Assembly (NCBI GenBank): GCA_964609855.1 | Contig: CAZSTB010000007.1 | Coordinates: forward strand, 94 to 64,093 | Length of the DNA stretch: 64,000 nt | Direction: 5' to 3' | DNA from: an uncultured Bdellovibrionales bacterium | GTDB taxonomy: Bacteria > Patescibacteriota > Minisyncoccia > Moranbacterales > GWC2-37-73 | In this document: one piece after another, positions 38,658 through 47,796 of the stretch | Numbering within the stretch: the stretch's first letter is position 1 | Layout: every line of letters starts with the position of its first letter | Notes under the pieces: model-generated | Databases searched by the model: none | Seen by the model: only the letters and a program-made list of their open reading frames with translations | What the model was told of the DNA's origin: nothing | Program-made: the position numbers and the translations under genes

Positions 38658-38697
38658 TTCGTAATCGTATCTCGTATCTCGTATTTTGTATAGTTTT

Positions 38698-38726
38698 AAA
38701 AAGCGCCCTGTGTTTCAAGGGCGCCG
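38698..38726 (-). terminator. Rho-independent terminator (minus strand) after small ORF
   Basis: minus-strand gcgccctt-gaaacaca-gggcgc followed by tttttaaaac. Confidence 0.55.
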
Positions 38727-38732
38727 GCTTTC

Positions 38733-38879
38733 ATAAATGCTTCAGGAGATGATTGATTCCGTAACCTCCAAGAACGATAAGCAGTATGACAATCGTCAAA
38801 ACAATTCTCTCTCGCACTGGCATCGCTTTATCGAACTCATGGTGGTCACTTGCGAACTTTTTTACATCATCATCTGTCA
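38733..38879 (-). CDS. Possible small membrane protein (~48 aa), not in ORF track
   Basis: GGAGGAAGTATGCC ATG RBS; 'MTDDDVKKF...' with one TM helix; followed by terminator. Confidence 0.35.
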
Positions 38880-38931
38880 TGGCATACTTCCTCCTTTAGA
38901 TTAGATTAAAAAGCAAGGAACTGCCTCTATT

Positions 38932-41841
38932 TTAAACCTTTTTCAAGAATAATTCAACTTCCTGACCATCCACGGTAATCACTTTTTTAATATCTTCGCT
39001 TTCACCATCACCCTCATTTAAGCTTTCTGCAAGGGTTTCTTTGGCGATAAGTTCTCCGAAAGCTAAGAATACTGACGACATTCCATTATACCATACTTTA
39101 ATTTTATTGTCAACTTCAAAATCCGCTTCTTTTCGCAGTTCTTGAATATAGCGAACGAGCTCCCTTGCATGTCCTTCTTGAACAAGTTCTTCCGTCAGAA
39201 CAGTGTCAAGCACAACTTTTTCCTCCTGGCGAGCATCAACTAACAATCTGGCAACATTCAGTTCCTCCCTGATGATATGCATCAACTCATCATCAAACAG
39301 ACCTTTAAGTGTGGCACTAGCAAGCGGCTGTCTGACTTTCATTTTAGCTTGCGCGCGGAGCTGTAAGCCTTCAGTTACAATTTCTCGCACTCTGCGCATT
39401 TCATCATTCAAGAGTTCATCCACATGATGACGATCACCTGTCGGCAAATCAGCAAGATGCACCGACTCTTTGCCGGTAAGATTTTTATAAATTTCCTCAC
39501 AAATAAATGGAGAGAATGGCGCTAACATTTTCGAAAGCGTCACTAGCACGTGATGCAACGTAGCATATGCACTGTCCTTGTCGCTATCATTTTCACTTTT
39601 CCAAAAACGTTTACGAGATCTGCGCACATACCAGTTGGAAAGATCATCAATAAACTTTGGAAATGCTCTCACGGCCTTATTAAGTTCATAAGCCTCCATG
39701 CCGTCATGAACGGCAACTACCAAGGTATTAAGTTCTGAAAGGATCCAGCGGTCCAGCAAATTAGTTGCATTTGAATGCTGGAAATAATCTTTATGTTCCC
39801 ATTTGTCGATATTTGCATAGAGAACAAAGAATGCGTAGCTGTTCCAAAGCATGCGGAACATTCCCCGCTGAAGTTCAGCCACATCTTTTTCTGAAAAATT
39901 CAAATTTTGCGCAGCAACAACTGGTGAGGACATCAGATAAAATCTTATAGAATCTGCTCCGTATTTATCAAACATCAACATGGGATCAGGATAATTCGCC
40001 AGGCGTTTACTCATTTTTTTCCCATCCTCAGCTAAAACCGTTCCATTGACAATCACATTCTTAAAAGCCGGAGATTGTTTGATTGCGGTGGCAATGATGT
40101 GCTGATAATAAAACCAAGCGCGCGTCTGATCCACACCTTCAGCAATGAAATCCGCAGGAAAATTCTTTTCAAATTTCTCATTATTTTCGAAAGGATAATG
40201 CTGCTGCGCATACGGCATCGAGCCGCTATCAAACCAGGTATCCAAAACATCTGGCACACGGTGCATCTTCTCTCCACATTTTTCGCAAGGAATTTCAATT
40301 TTATCCACGACATGCTTGTGAAGATCGGTAATTTTTTCTCCACTTGCTGCCTCAAGTTCAATGACTGAACCAAAAACTTTCATCTCCCCGCACTGACATT
40401 TCCAAATTGGAATCACAGAAGCCCAGAAACGCTGACGCGAAATTGACCAATCGCGCGCGCCTTCCAGCCATTTTCCAAAACGTCCTTCCTTGATATTTTC
40501 AGGTGACCAATGAATATCTTTTGCCAATTCCAAGGCCGAAGGCTTAATATCAGTTACTTTCACGAACCAAGAACTAGTCGCGTAATTTATCAGCGGCGTA
40601 TCGCAGCGCCAGCAATGAGGATATGAATGCTCATATTTTTCCTTTGCAAACAGCGCAGCATTTTTTGCGAGATATTTAATGATCTCCACATCGGTCGTGG
40701 TATGATCTCCCATTGGCTTGACATGTAGTCCGGCGAAATCACCCGCTTCTTTTTTAATAACCCCATCCATACCGACATGCTGCACAAATGGTAAATCTAA
40801 AGTCTTGCCCAAATTAAGGTCATCTTCTCCGAATGCCGGCGCGATATGCACGATTCCTGTTCCATCCTCAGCGCCCACGAAATCACCCGCTACCACCTGC
40901 CAACCGTTAGCAAAATTTGGAAGGTCAGGATTCTGATAATAATCAAAAAGCGGTTTATATTTTTTTCCGACTAATTGCGCGCCGCTAAATGTGCGCACGA
41001 TTTCATATTTTTTGTCGGCAAAAAGTTTCGGTGCCAAATCTTTAGCGACTATAAAAACTTCATCTTTAAATTCCCCATCTTTTTGCAGAGTTACGGTTTC
41101 CACGTATACATAATCAATCTCAGGATTTACTGCAAGCGCAACATTTCCTATCAAGGTCCAAGGGGTCGTTGTCCAAGCAAGCACTGAGACGCCTGGTTCA
41201 CTTACGAGCTGAAATTTTGCAATGACCGATAAGTCTTTAATATCCAGATAACCCTCGCTAACCTCTGTTTGCGAAAGTGTCGTTTCGCAGCGCGGACAAA
41301 CATGCATTGAACGATAACCCTCATAAATATAGTCCTTATCCCACAATTCCTTAAAAACCCACCAAACAGATTCCATATAAGCAAGATCCATAGTCTTATA
41401 TGCATTATCCATATCAGCCCAGCGACCCATGCGAGAAACAACAATTTTCCAATCATCAACATACTTTAAAACTTTGCTGCGACAGAGTTCATTGAACTTT
41501 TCAACGCCCAATTTTTCAATCTCACTTTTACTTTTTGAACCCAATTCTTTTTCCACAATGTTCTCAATCGGTAAGCCATGACAATCCCAACCCCATTTTC
41601 TTTCCACATAAAATCCGCGCATAGTCCAGTAGCGAGGCACGACATCTTTCATTGTTGAAGCTACAATATGTCCGTAATGCGGCGTTCCGGTAGCAAACGG
41701 AGGACCATCAAAAAAAGTATATTCCTGAGAATCTTTACGGTTTTCCAAGCTTTTTTCAAAAATTTTATTTTTCTGCCAAAAATTTATAATCTCTTTCTCC
41801 ATTTCTGGTAGGGATTGTTTTGGATCAACTTTTTTAAACAT
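38932..41841 (-). CDS. ileS: Isoleucyl-tRNA synthetase, type 2 (eukaryote/archaeal-like)
   Basis: 969 aa; 'GPPFATGTPHYGH' HIGH region typical of type-2 IleRS, 'KMSKRLAN' KMSKS. Confidence 0.92.
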   Translation of the reverse strand: MFKKVDPKQSLPEMEKEIINFWQKNKIFEKSLENRKDSQEYTFFDGPPFATGTPHYGHIVASTMKDVVPRYWTMRGFYVERKWGWDCHGLPIENIVEKELGSKSKSEIEKLGVEKFNELCRSKVLKYVDDWKIVVSRMGRWADMDNAYKTMDLAYMESVWWVFKELWDKDYIYEGYRSMHVCPRCETTLSQTEVSEGYLDIKDLSVIAKFQLVSEPGVSVLAWTTTPWTLIGNVALAVNPEIDYVYVETVTLQKDGEFKDEVFIVAKDLAPKLFADKKYEIVRTFSGAQLVGKKYKPLFDYYQNPDLPNFANGWQVVAGDFVGAEDGTGIVHIAPAFGEDDLNLGKTLDLPFVQHVGMDGVIKKEAGDFAGLHVKPMGDHTTTDVEIIKYLAKNAALFAKEKYEHSYPHCWRCDTPLINYATSSWFVKVTDIKPSALELAKDIHWSPENIKEGRFGKWLEGARDWSISRQRFWASVIPIWKCQCGEMKVFGSVIELEAASGEKITDLHKHVVDKIEIPCEKCGEKMHRVPDVLDTWFDSGSMPYAQQHYPFENNEKFEKNFPADFIAEGVDQTRAWFYYQHIIATAIKQSPAFKNVIVNGTVLAEDGKKMSKRLANYPDPMLMFDKYGADSIRFYLMSSPVVAAQNLNFSEKDVAELQRGMFRMLWNSYAFFVLYANIDKWEHKDYFQHSNATNLLDRWILSELNTLVVAVHDGMEAYELNKAVRAFPKFIDDLSNWYVRRSRKRFWKSENDSDKDSAYATLHHVLVTLSKMLAPFSPFICEEIYKNLTGKESVHLADLPTGDRHHVDELLNDEMRRVREIVTEGLQLRAQAKMKVRQPLASATLKGLFDDELMHIIREELNVARLLVDARQEEKVVLDTVLTEELVQEGHARELVRYIQELRKEADFEVDNKIKVWYNGMSSVFLAFGELIAKETLAESLNEGDGESEDIKKVITVDGQEVELFLKKV

Positions 41842-42102
41842 ATACTAATAATTTCTAATTTTCAATTTTTAATTTCTAAACAATCTTACCTACCGGCAGG
41901 CAGGTTTCCAATGACTTAATTTCTTTCCACCAACTCTGGCAGAAAAAAATTAAATCATTACAAAATTGAATATTGATTGAAAATTGAAAATTGAAAATTG
42001 AAAATTATAAAATAAAATCCCCATACGCAAAACGCGCATAAGGACGACTTTTCCGATTCCGCCTAGGCTTCATCGCAACAAGCGTGGTACCACCTTAGTT
42101 CA

Positions 42103-42175
42103 GCTTTTAGCTTTTAGCTTTTAGCTTTTAGAAAAATGCATTTTCTAATGAAGCTAATGGAGCTAATGAAGCTAA
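42103..42175. repeat. Short tandem repeats (AGCTTTTA x3.6; GAAGCTAAT-like x3) in a 717-bp non-coding region; additional (TTGAAAA)x4 at 41978-42007
   Basis: agcttttagcttttagcttttagctttta ... gaagctaatggagctaatgaagctaa. Confidence 0.6.
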
Positions 42176-42409
42176 CAGCCCTTAATTCTAGCTGTTACGG
42201 GCTTACCCGATAAGTTCTAATTTCCTTGCGGATTTCTTCTTATAGCTCCAAGGTGATTACCTCATCATAGCCTTTCTAATATAATAACACCTTAAATCTC
42301 AATGTCAAAATCTCAATTTCAAATAAAAGGTATTATACCCCAGAGCAGAGCCCTGGACCCTTTGGGCTTCACGCAGCAGAGCTGCGAGGTATTATACCCT
42401 TTGATATCT

Positions 42410-42477
42410 ACGCTTGCTCGGAAATGGAAAATATTAATTTTTCATTTCGCTCGCTTCGCTTGATAATAAATGATTTG
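42410..42477 (+). promoter_or_regulatory. Conserved ~65-nt motif copy 2 (orphan location, no downstream + gene)
   Basis: acgcttgctcggaaatggaaaatattaatttttcatttcgctcgcttcgcttgataataaatgattt; aligns with 8095-8160. Confidence 0.35.
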
Positions 42478-42514
42478 AATCCCAATGCCTCATAATCCAC
42501 TGGTTGAATTTTTA

Positions 42515-42554
42515 GGTTTTATTTGGCATTTGTTATTTAGATTTTAGATTTTCC
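42515..42554 (-). repeat. Conserved stop-codon-flanking motif (copy 2 of 3), 3' of the GT1 gene
   Basis: minus-sense GGAAAATCTAAAATCTAAATAACAAATGCCAAATAAAACC. Confidence 0.4.
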
Positions 42555-42558
42555 TTTA

Positions 42559-43728
42559 CTATTTACCTGCAGTCTTTTTGTAAATATCCAAAGTCTTTCT
42601 GGCCGTATCATCCCAATTGAATTTCTTAGCTTGCGCAAGTCCCTTGGACTTATATTGTCCTCGCAAAGAATCGTCATCAGCAAACAAATACATTGCTGCC
42701 GCCAAATCATTGACGTCATGCGGATTTACGAAATGTGCAGCGCCATCAGCCAATTCAGGAAGTGATGCAACGCGAGATAAGATGGCCGGAGTTTCAGTTG
42801 CAAAAGCTTCAAGAACAGTCATTCCGAATCCTTCATACAATGAAGGCATTACAAAAAATTCAGCTCCACGAAAAAGCGGCACAAGTTCATCCCCAATAAT
42901 ATAGCCGGTAAAAACAACGTCCTTTACCAACCCTAAATCCTTAATTATTTGCAAATATTCTTGTGAAAGCCATCCGCGCTTCCCGGCCAATACTAGCTGG
43001 TAGTCAAACTTTCCGGAATTTTTCTGCTTCTGCTGATTTTTAAATTTCGCAAAAGCCTCAAGCAAACGCGTGATATTCTTCGAAGGTTCCAGTGTGCCGA
43101 GGAACAAAATGTATTTTTTGGAAATGTCGTATTTTCCAAAAATCTTTGAAGTGTCTCTTTCTGATACTTCAAAAAATCTTTCATCCAAACCAGGATAAAT
43201 CACACTCGTTTTCTCATCTTTAACATCTAAATACTTAAACAGATCAGCCTGCAATGCTTCTGAAACGGCAATTATATTATCTGCCTTTTTAGCCATCATG
43301 CGCGCAACAGTCTTGCTGCGAGCACGTTTTAGTGTCGGTAAATATTGAGGAATATTGAAAACCGACATATCATTAAAAGTTACGACGGTCTTGCCATTGT
43401 ATCCAGAGGGTATTCGATTCAAGGCAGAAGTGGCATGTAAGACATCCAACTTCGCTTTCTGAAGAGTAGCTAATCCCAAAATCTCGCTATATGCGCCAGG
43501 GAGATATTTCTTATAATCAGAAAATGGAAAGAATTTAATTTCAACATTCGGCCTAGTGAACTTCTTAACGTCCTTTTCACGAACACGAAAATCGAAGAAA
43601 ATAACATATTCATTCTCCATGTCATTTTTCAAAAGATGCCGAATCAGTTGATAAGTATAATGTCCCACGCCAATAGCATCGCCTCTTTCCGGATTCAAGA
43701 TTGAACGTGCATCTATTCCGATTCTCAT
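42559..43728 (-). CDS. Glycosyltransferase family 1 (GT4-type)
   Basis: 389 aa; C-terminal 'FVMPSLYEGFGMTVLEA' E-x7-E motif. Confidence 0.85.
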   Translation of the reverse strand: MRIGIDARSILNPERGDAIGVGHYTYQLIRHLLKNDMENEYVIFFDFRVREKDVKKFTRPNVEIKFFPFSDYKKYLPGAYSEILGLATLQKAKLDVLHATSALNRIPSGYNGKTVVTFNDMSVFNIPQYLPTLKRARSKTVARMMAKKADNIIAVSEALQADLFKYLDVKDEKTSVIYPGLDERFFEVSERDTSKIFGKYDISKKYILFLGTLEPSKNITRLLEAFAKFKNQQKQKNSGKFDYQLVLAGKRGWLSQEYLQIIKDLGLVKDVVFTGYIIGDELVPLFRGAEFFVMPSLYEGFGMTVLEAFATETPAILSRVASLPELADGAAHFVNPHDVNDLAAAMYLFADDDSLRGQYKSKGLAQAKKFNWDDTARKTLDIYKKTAGK

Positions 43729-43805
43729 ATATTAGTTAAAAGTTCATATTGTTGAGGCTTATAATAATTATAAGCTCAAAACCGCATAAACTTTAAAAAC
43801 TTAAT

Positions 43806-45425
43806 CTACATTTTTCTTGGTGCAGAAACCCCTATTAAACGTAGGGTTTCCTCCAATATTATCCTAACACTATCTATCAGGATTAGTCTAGCTCTGGTTA
43901 ATTGCAATTTCTCCTCGTCAATAACCTTACAGGCTCCATAGAAAGAATGGAGCTTGTCCGCCATTTTCATTGCGCTATGTGGAAGTTTGTGCACATCATA
44001 GCTTTCCGCAATTTCAGCTATAAGCTCTGGAAATTTATGCATTTCCTTCATTAGAGATATCTCACGCTCATGAGTAAGTAGGGAAAGATCAGAATCTTTT
44101 TCATGGCCGATCTCAACTCCCAATTCTTGCGCTTTCGAGATTATACTACAAATACGAGCGTGCGCGTATTGCACATAAAAAACCGGATTTTTTTGCGACT
44201 GCTCTCTTGCCAACCCTAAATCGAAATTCATATGCGTATCCGGAGAATACATCAGGAAGAAAAATCTCGTCACATCATGCCCTATCTCTGAAATAAGATC
44301 ATCAATATCCACGACGTTTCCAGCACGTTTACTCATACGGACTTCTTTTCCATCCTTAACCAATCTCACCATCTGGGAAATGATAATTCTGAAATCACCT
44401 TTAAATCCCAAGGCTAGCGCAACAGCTTTAAGACGAGAAACATATCCATGATGATCAGCGCCCAGACCCATAATAAGTCGCGTGTAGCCTCTTTCTATTT
44501 TATAGAGCATATAGCCACAGTCTCCTGCCATATATGCATTCTTTCCATCCTTTTTTATGAGCACCCGATCTTTATCATCACCAAAATGTGTAGATTTAAG
44601 CCAGAGAGCACCCTCCTGCTCATAGGTTAAGCCTTTTTCTTTAAGTATTCCGATCGCTTTTTCAACATACCCCTCATCATTTAATTCTTGCTCACTTACC
44701 CACTGATCGAAAACAATCCCCATTTTTTCTACCGTTGTTTTCTTGATCATATTCTCCAAAATATCCGTAGCTGCTTTTTTTCCAACTTCGCGAATATTTT
44801 CGAGCATGCCATATTTTTCATTCAACTCATCAATGTAATTCCCGGAATATACAGCCTCCTCATCCTTAAGTACGCTATGCCCCAATTTTTCAACTTGCCC
44901 ACCAGCATCATTGACATAATATTCATTCGTAACCTCGTATCCCGCCTTTCTCAGGATGCGCGACAGGCAGTCGCCGAAAAATCCGCCTCGGCCATTTCCC
45001 AAGTGTAAAGGTCCAGTAGGGTTGGCAGAAATAAATTCATTATCAACTTTAACATTTTCACCAATAGTAAGACTTCCAAAATTGTTCTGTTCTTCTTGAA
45101 TTTTTTCTACAACATTTTGAAGACAAGCAGTCGCCAAGTAAAAATTAAGATATCCCGGCTTAACAACTTCAATTTTTTCAAATTCTGCAATCGCTACTGA
45201 CTGACTATTGATTTCCGTCGCAAGAGCACTAGCGATAACCATCGGATTTTCTCCAATTTTTTTTGCTAAATTCATTGCGATATTTGAAGTATAATCTCCA
45301 AATTGCTCACTCTTTGGATATTCCACTGAGATTTCAGGCATGTCAAAATCAGTCCACTTTTGAACCTTTTTTGCTTCATTTAAAGCATTCTTAATTATTT
45401 CTTGTATCCTCCTTTTCATAGTCAT
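43806..45425 (-). CDS. argS: Arginyl-tRNA synthetase
   Basis: 539 aa; 'SANPTGPLHLGNGRG' HIGH region, C-terminal DALR anticodon-binding domain. Confidence 0.93.
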   Translation of the reverse strand: MTMKRRIQEIIKNALNEAKKVQKWTDFDMPEISVEYPKSEQFGDYTSNIAMNLAKKIGENPMVIASALATEINSQSVAIAEFEKIEVVKPGYLNFYLATACLQNVVEKIQEEQNNFGSLTIGENVKVDNEFISANPTGPLHLGNGRGGFFGDCLSRILRKAGYEVTNEYYVNDAGGQVEKLGHSVLKDEEAVYSGNYIDELNEKYGMLENIREVGKKAATDILENMIKKTTVEKMGIVFDQWVSEQELNDEGYVEKAIGILKEKGLTYEQEGALWLKSTHFGDDKDRVLIKKDGKNAYMAGDCGYMLYKIERGYTRLIMGLGADHHGYVSRLKAVALALGFKGDFRIIISQMVRLVKDGKEVRMSKRAGNVVDIDDLISEIGHDVTRFFFLMYSPDTHMNFDLGLAREQSQKNPVFYVQYAHARICSIISKAQELGVEIGHEKDSDLSLLTHEREISLMKEMHKFPELIAEIAESYDVHKLPHSAMKMADKLHSFYGACKVIDEEKLQLTRARLILIDSVRIILEETLRLIGVSAPRKM

Positions 45426-45533
45426 TTTCCTCGAGTGATTATAGCCTTATTATACATGTTAAAGCGTTTAGAGCAATAGAAAAAGTAGTCTTTTTAAGAC
45501 TACTTTTTCGGAAAACCAAGAATTGTAAGAATT

Positions 45534-46724
45534 TTAAAAAGGTGAAACTTCTTTCCATTGTCCTGTTGAACGCGGAGAACAGTCGGCACTTGATGAACAA
45601 GTCGCTTCTGGCAGACATTCCGCATTATAATCAACGGCGAGAATCAATGGGTCCGCTTCTTCACATGAATTCAAACTGCACGCTTTTGCTCTGCAACCCA
45701 CAAATATAGTTTGCACAGATGGCGGCAATTCTACATTAAATTGATCAATACAGTTCAGTTGGTATTCGGCGCTTCTTCCTTGTGGAACTATATCCATCTG
45801 CCTAGCCTCCAAAGGTGCAAGAGCTAAATTACCAGACCAAACAGGGTCACATGTGCCAGATTTACATACTGCCTGACAGGAAAGTATATTTCCAGTCAAA
45901 ATCCATGATAGTGTAACTTTTTTTTCATTCAAAGGAAGTGTGCCAAGCGACTGACCGGAAAATAAAGTAATGTATTGAGCAGAAGCTGACAAAGTTGCTG
46001 TTGGAACATTCACTATCGCACTTCCACTTTGTGAATTAAAATTAAGCCATCCTAACTCGAATGCACCCTCGGGACTTGCGGACAAAGCATACCCCTCAAG
46101 AGCATGCGTGCTTGAATTAATAGTTACGCCATAGGCGGTACCCGAACCATCGTTTATTGTTCCACTTAATTTTATCCAACCTTTCCAACCTCCGGCGTTA
46201 GCGTTCACTTCGCCTGCACTACAAATATTATCAGCATCACTTCCGTCGCACATGCTGATAATCCGAGCCCATCCAGTCAAAAAATTTCCACTCCCATGAC
46301 TTGTCGCGGAACAACCAGAAACCGGGTCTGGCACTGGACAGCCAACAACATCAGCTGCATTAAAACTAATCCAACCAATGTTTTCACTCCAGGCGTAGCC
46401 AGAAATTACTCCGCTAAGCGGTATAGCTAATCCGTATTGAGCCACAGGAGAACCCGAAACTGGGCAACCCACAATTCCCTCAGAAAGTCCATCACCGTTT
46501 GAATCGCAGTTCAAGCTGTTCGTACTGACCCATCCAAAATTTGTATTTGTGCCGTCAGCTGTTGGATAAGATCCGAGCTGACTGCCGCCACCCCAAAACC
46601 ATCCACTAACATTATCCATAACACCGGCATTTGTCTTTTCCAGCACAGCAAATACCAGAGCGAACAATCCACAAAAAAACAGACTGAATTTTAAAATATT
46701 TTTTTTGTATTTTTTTTCTGACAC
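45534..46724 (-). CDS. Hypothetical secreted Cys-rich protein with GW-containing repeats (paralog of 50191-51273)
   Basis: 396 aa; signal anchor; repeated 'G(Y/F)AWSxNxGWI(S/D)FN', 'GWARIIS'; conserved C-terminus 'GQWKEVSPF'. Confidence 0.55.
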   Translation of the reverse strand: MSEKKYKKNILKFSLFFCGLFALVFAVLEKTNAGVMDNVSGWFWGGGSQLGSYPTADGTNTNFGWVSTNSLNCDSNGDGLSEGIVGCPVSGSPVAQYGLAIPLSGVISGYAWSENIGWISFNAADVVGCPVPDPVSGCSATSHGSGNFLTGWARIISMCDGSDADNICSAGEVNANAGGWKGWIKLSGTINDGSGTAYGVTINSSTHALEGYALSASPEGAFELGWLNFNSQSGSAIVNVPTATLSASAQYITLFSGQSLGTLPLNEKKVTLSWILTGNILSCQAVCKSGTCDPVWSGNLALAPLEARQMDIVPQGRSAEYQLNCIDQFNVELPPSVQTIFVGCRAKACSLNSCEEADPLILAVDYNAECLPEATCSSSADCSPRSTGQWKEVSPF

Positions 46725-46740
46725 AATGGTTTACTTTAAT

Positions 46741-47028
46741 TTATTTTTTCACTGCTGGCTCCGGCTGCATTGCAGTATTATTCAAACAAGCTCCATCAAC
46801 TAATTGTATCTTAGCGTCTTCCTTGCGAACTTCGAATGGGTTGCACCCACTTTCCTTGGTTTGCTTCATCAGCTGCATTATTGAATCCGTGTAACCAGTT
46901 TTATAAGAATTTTGCATCGCGCCTATCTTGAAAGCTTGATACTGGTCAAAAATAACATAGCCAGTCGTAGCGACAAACCAAAGAATTATAACTGTTTTTA
47001 TTATATCTTCTTTTTTAATCGTCATCAT
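46741..47028 (-). CDS. Hypothetical small membrane-anchored protein
   Basis: 95 aa; N-terminal TM 'IIKTVIILWFVATTGYVIF'. Confidence 0.45.
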   Translation of the reverse strand: MMTIKKEDIIKTVIILWFVATTGYVIFDQYQAFKIGAMQNSYKTGYTDSIMQLMKQTKESGCNPFEVRKEDAKIQLVDGACLNNTAMQPEPAVKK

Positions 47029-47064
47029 TACGTTTTTTAAAAAATATTATTGAACTGAATTACA

Positions 47065-47784
47065 CTAGTTTTCTGGTTGAGCCAATGGAGCCACAGCAGC
47101 AGGAATAACATCAGAAGCAGCAATTGGAGCAGCTGGAGCCTGTGGCATTGCATCAGGTAATGGTGTAGCAATTGGAGCGACTGGCTGCGCAGAAGATTGG
47201 CTAGCATTTGGCATGGCGATATTCTGCTGAACATTTATCTCTTTAGCCACAAATTCTTTTTTATCTTTAATATTCTCACCCGCAGTAACCGACACTTGTT
47301 GTCCCTGTTTAAGCTCCGAGAGTTTTACTTCAGTTTTTTCAAATGGCGTTGGAGCCTCAAGTTGAGTCATGTTCACATCCTGCTGACTGGTCATCATCTG
47401 CTCTCGAAACACTCTCATCTCTTCTTGAAACTTGGTCATATCTTTCTGCATAGAAAGATAAATCTTTGTTTCAGGATTAAGCGTCACAATTCTCATATCC
47501 AAAGCCTCATCCGCCAATGGCTCTAAAGGTTTAATTTTGATTTCAAGTTTTCCACCCTCATTTTTTTCAACCACACCATTTATGGTTCTAATATCTGAAC
47601 TGATCAACATCCCCGTTTCAGATTGTGCCAATCTTTCCTTAGCTGCATTCCAGCCAGCTTGGTAAGAATCTTCCTTGGGTTGTAAATTATTTGTTGTGAT
47701 TTTTCTAGGAAGCGCCATACCTATAGCGATACCAATAGGCACAAGGAATAGAATGACAAGGATGCAGAGGAGGATTTTTTTCAT
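47065..47784 (-). CDS. Hypothetical membrane-anchored exported protein with Pro/Ala-rich C-terminus
   Basis: 239 aa; N-terminal TM, C-terminal 'PVAPIATPLPDAMPQAPAAPIAAS'. Confidence 0.5.
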   Translation of the reverse strand: MKKILLCILVILFLVPIGIAIGMALPRKITTNNLQPKEDSYQAGWNAAKERLAQSETGMLISSDIRTINGVVEKNEGGKLEIKIKPLEPLADEALDMRIVTLNPETKIYLSMQKDMTKFQEEMRVFREQMMTSQQDVNMTQLEAPTPFEKTEVKLSELKQGQQVSVTAGENIKDKKEFVAKEINVQQNIAMPNASQSSAQPVAPIATPLPDAMPQAPAAPIAASDVIPAAVAPLAQPEN

Positions 47785-47796
47785 AATTTTACTTGT

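Noticed and set aside
42103-42175. Tandem repeats as a possible CRISPR array
   Set aside because: Units are 7-9 bp, contiguous, without spacers; no cas genes. These are simple microsatellites.
42335-42400. Direct repeat GGTATTATACCC resembling a CsoR half-site (TATACCC)
   Set aside because: Not palindromic and not upstream of a metal gene. The resemblance to the 17010 operator is probably coincidental in AT-rich DNA.
47037-47526. ORFs 47037-47234(-) and 47197-47526(+) inside the 239-aa Pro-rich protein gene
   Set aside because: Alternative-frame artefacts (poly-Leu/Gln) of the Pro/Ala-rich coding region.
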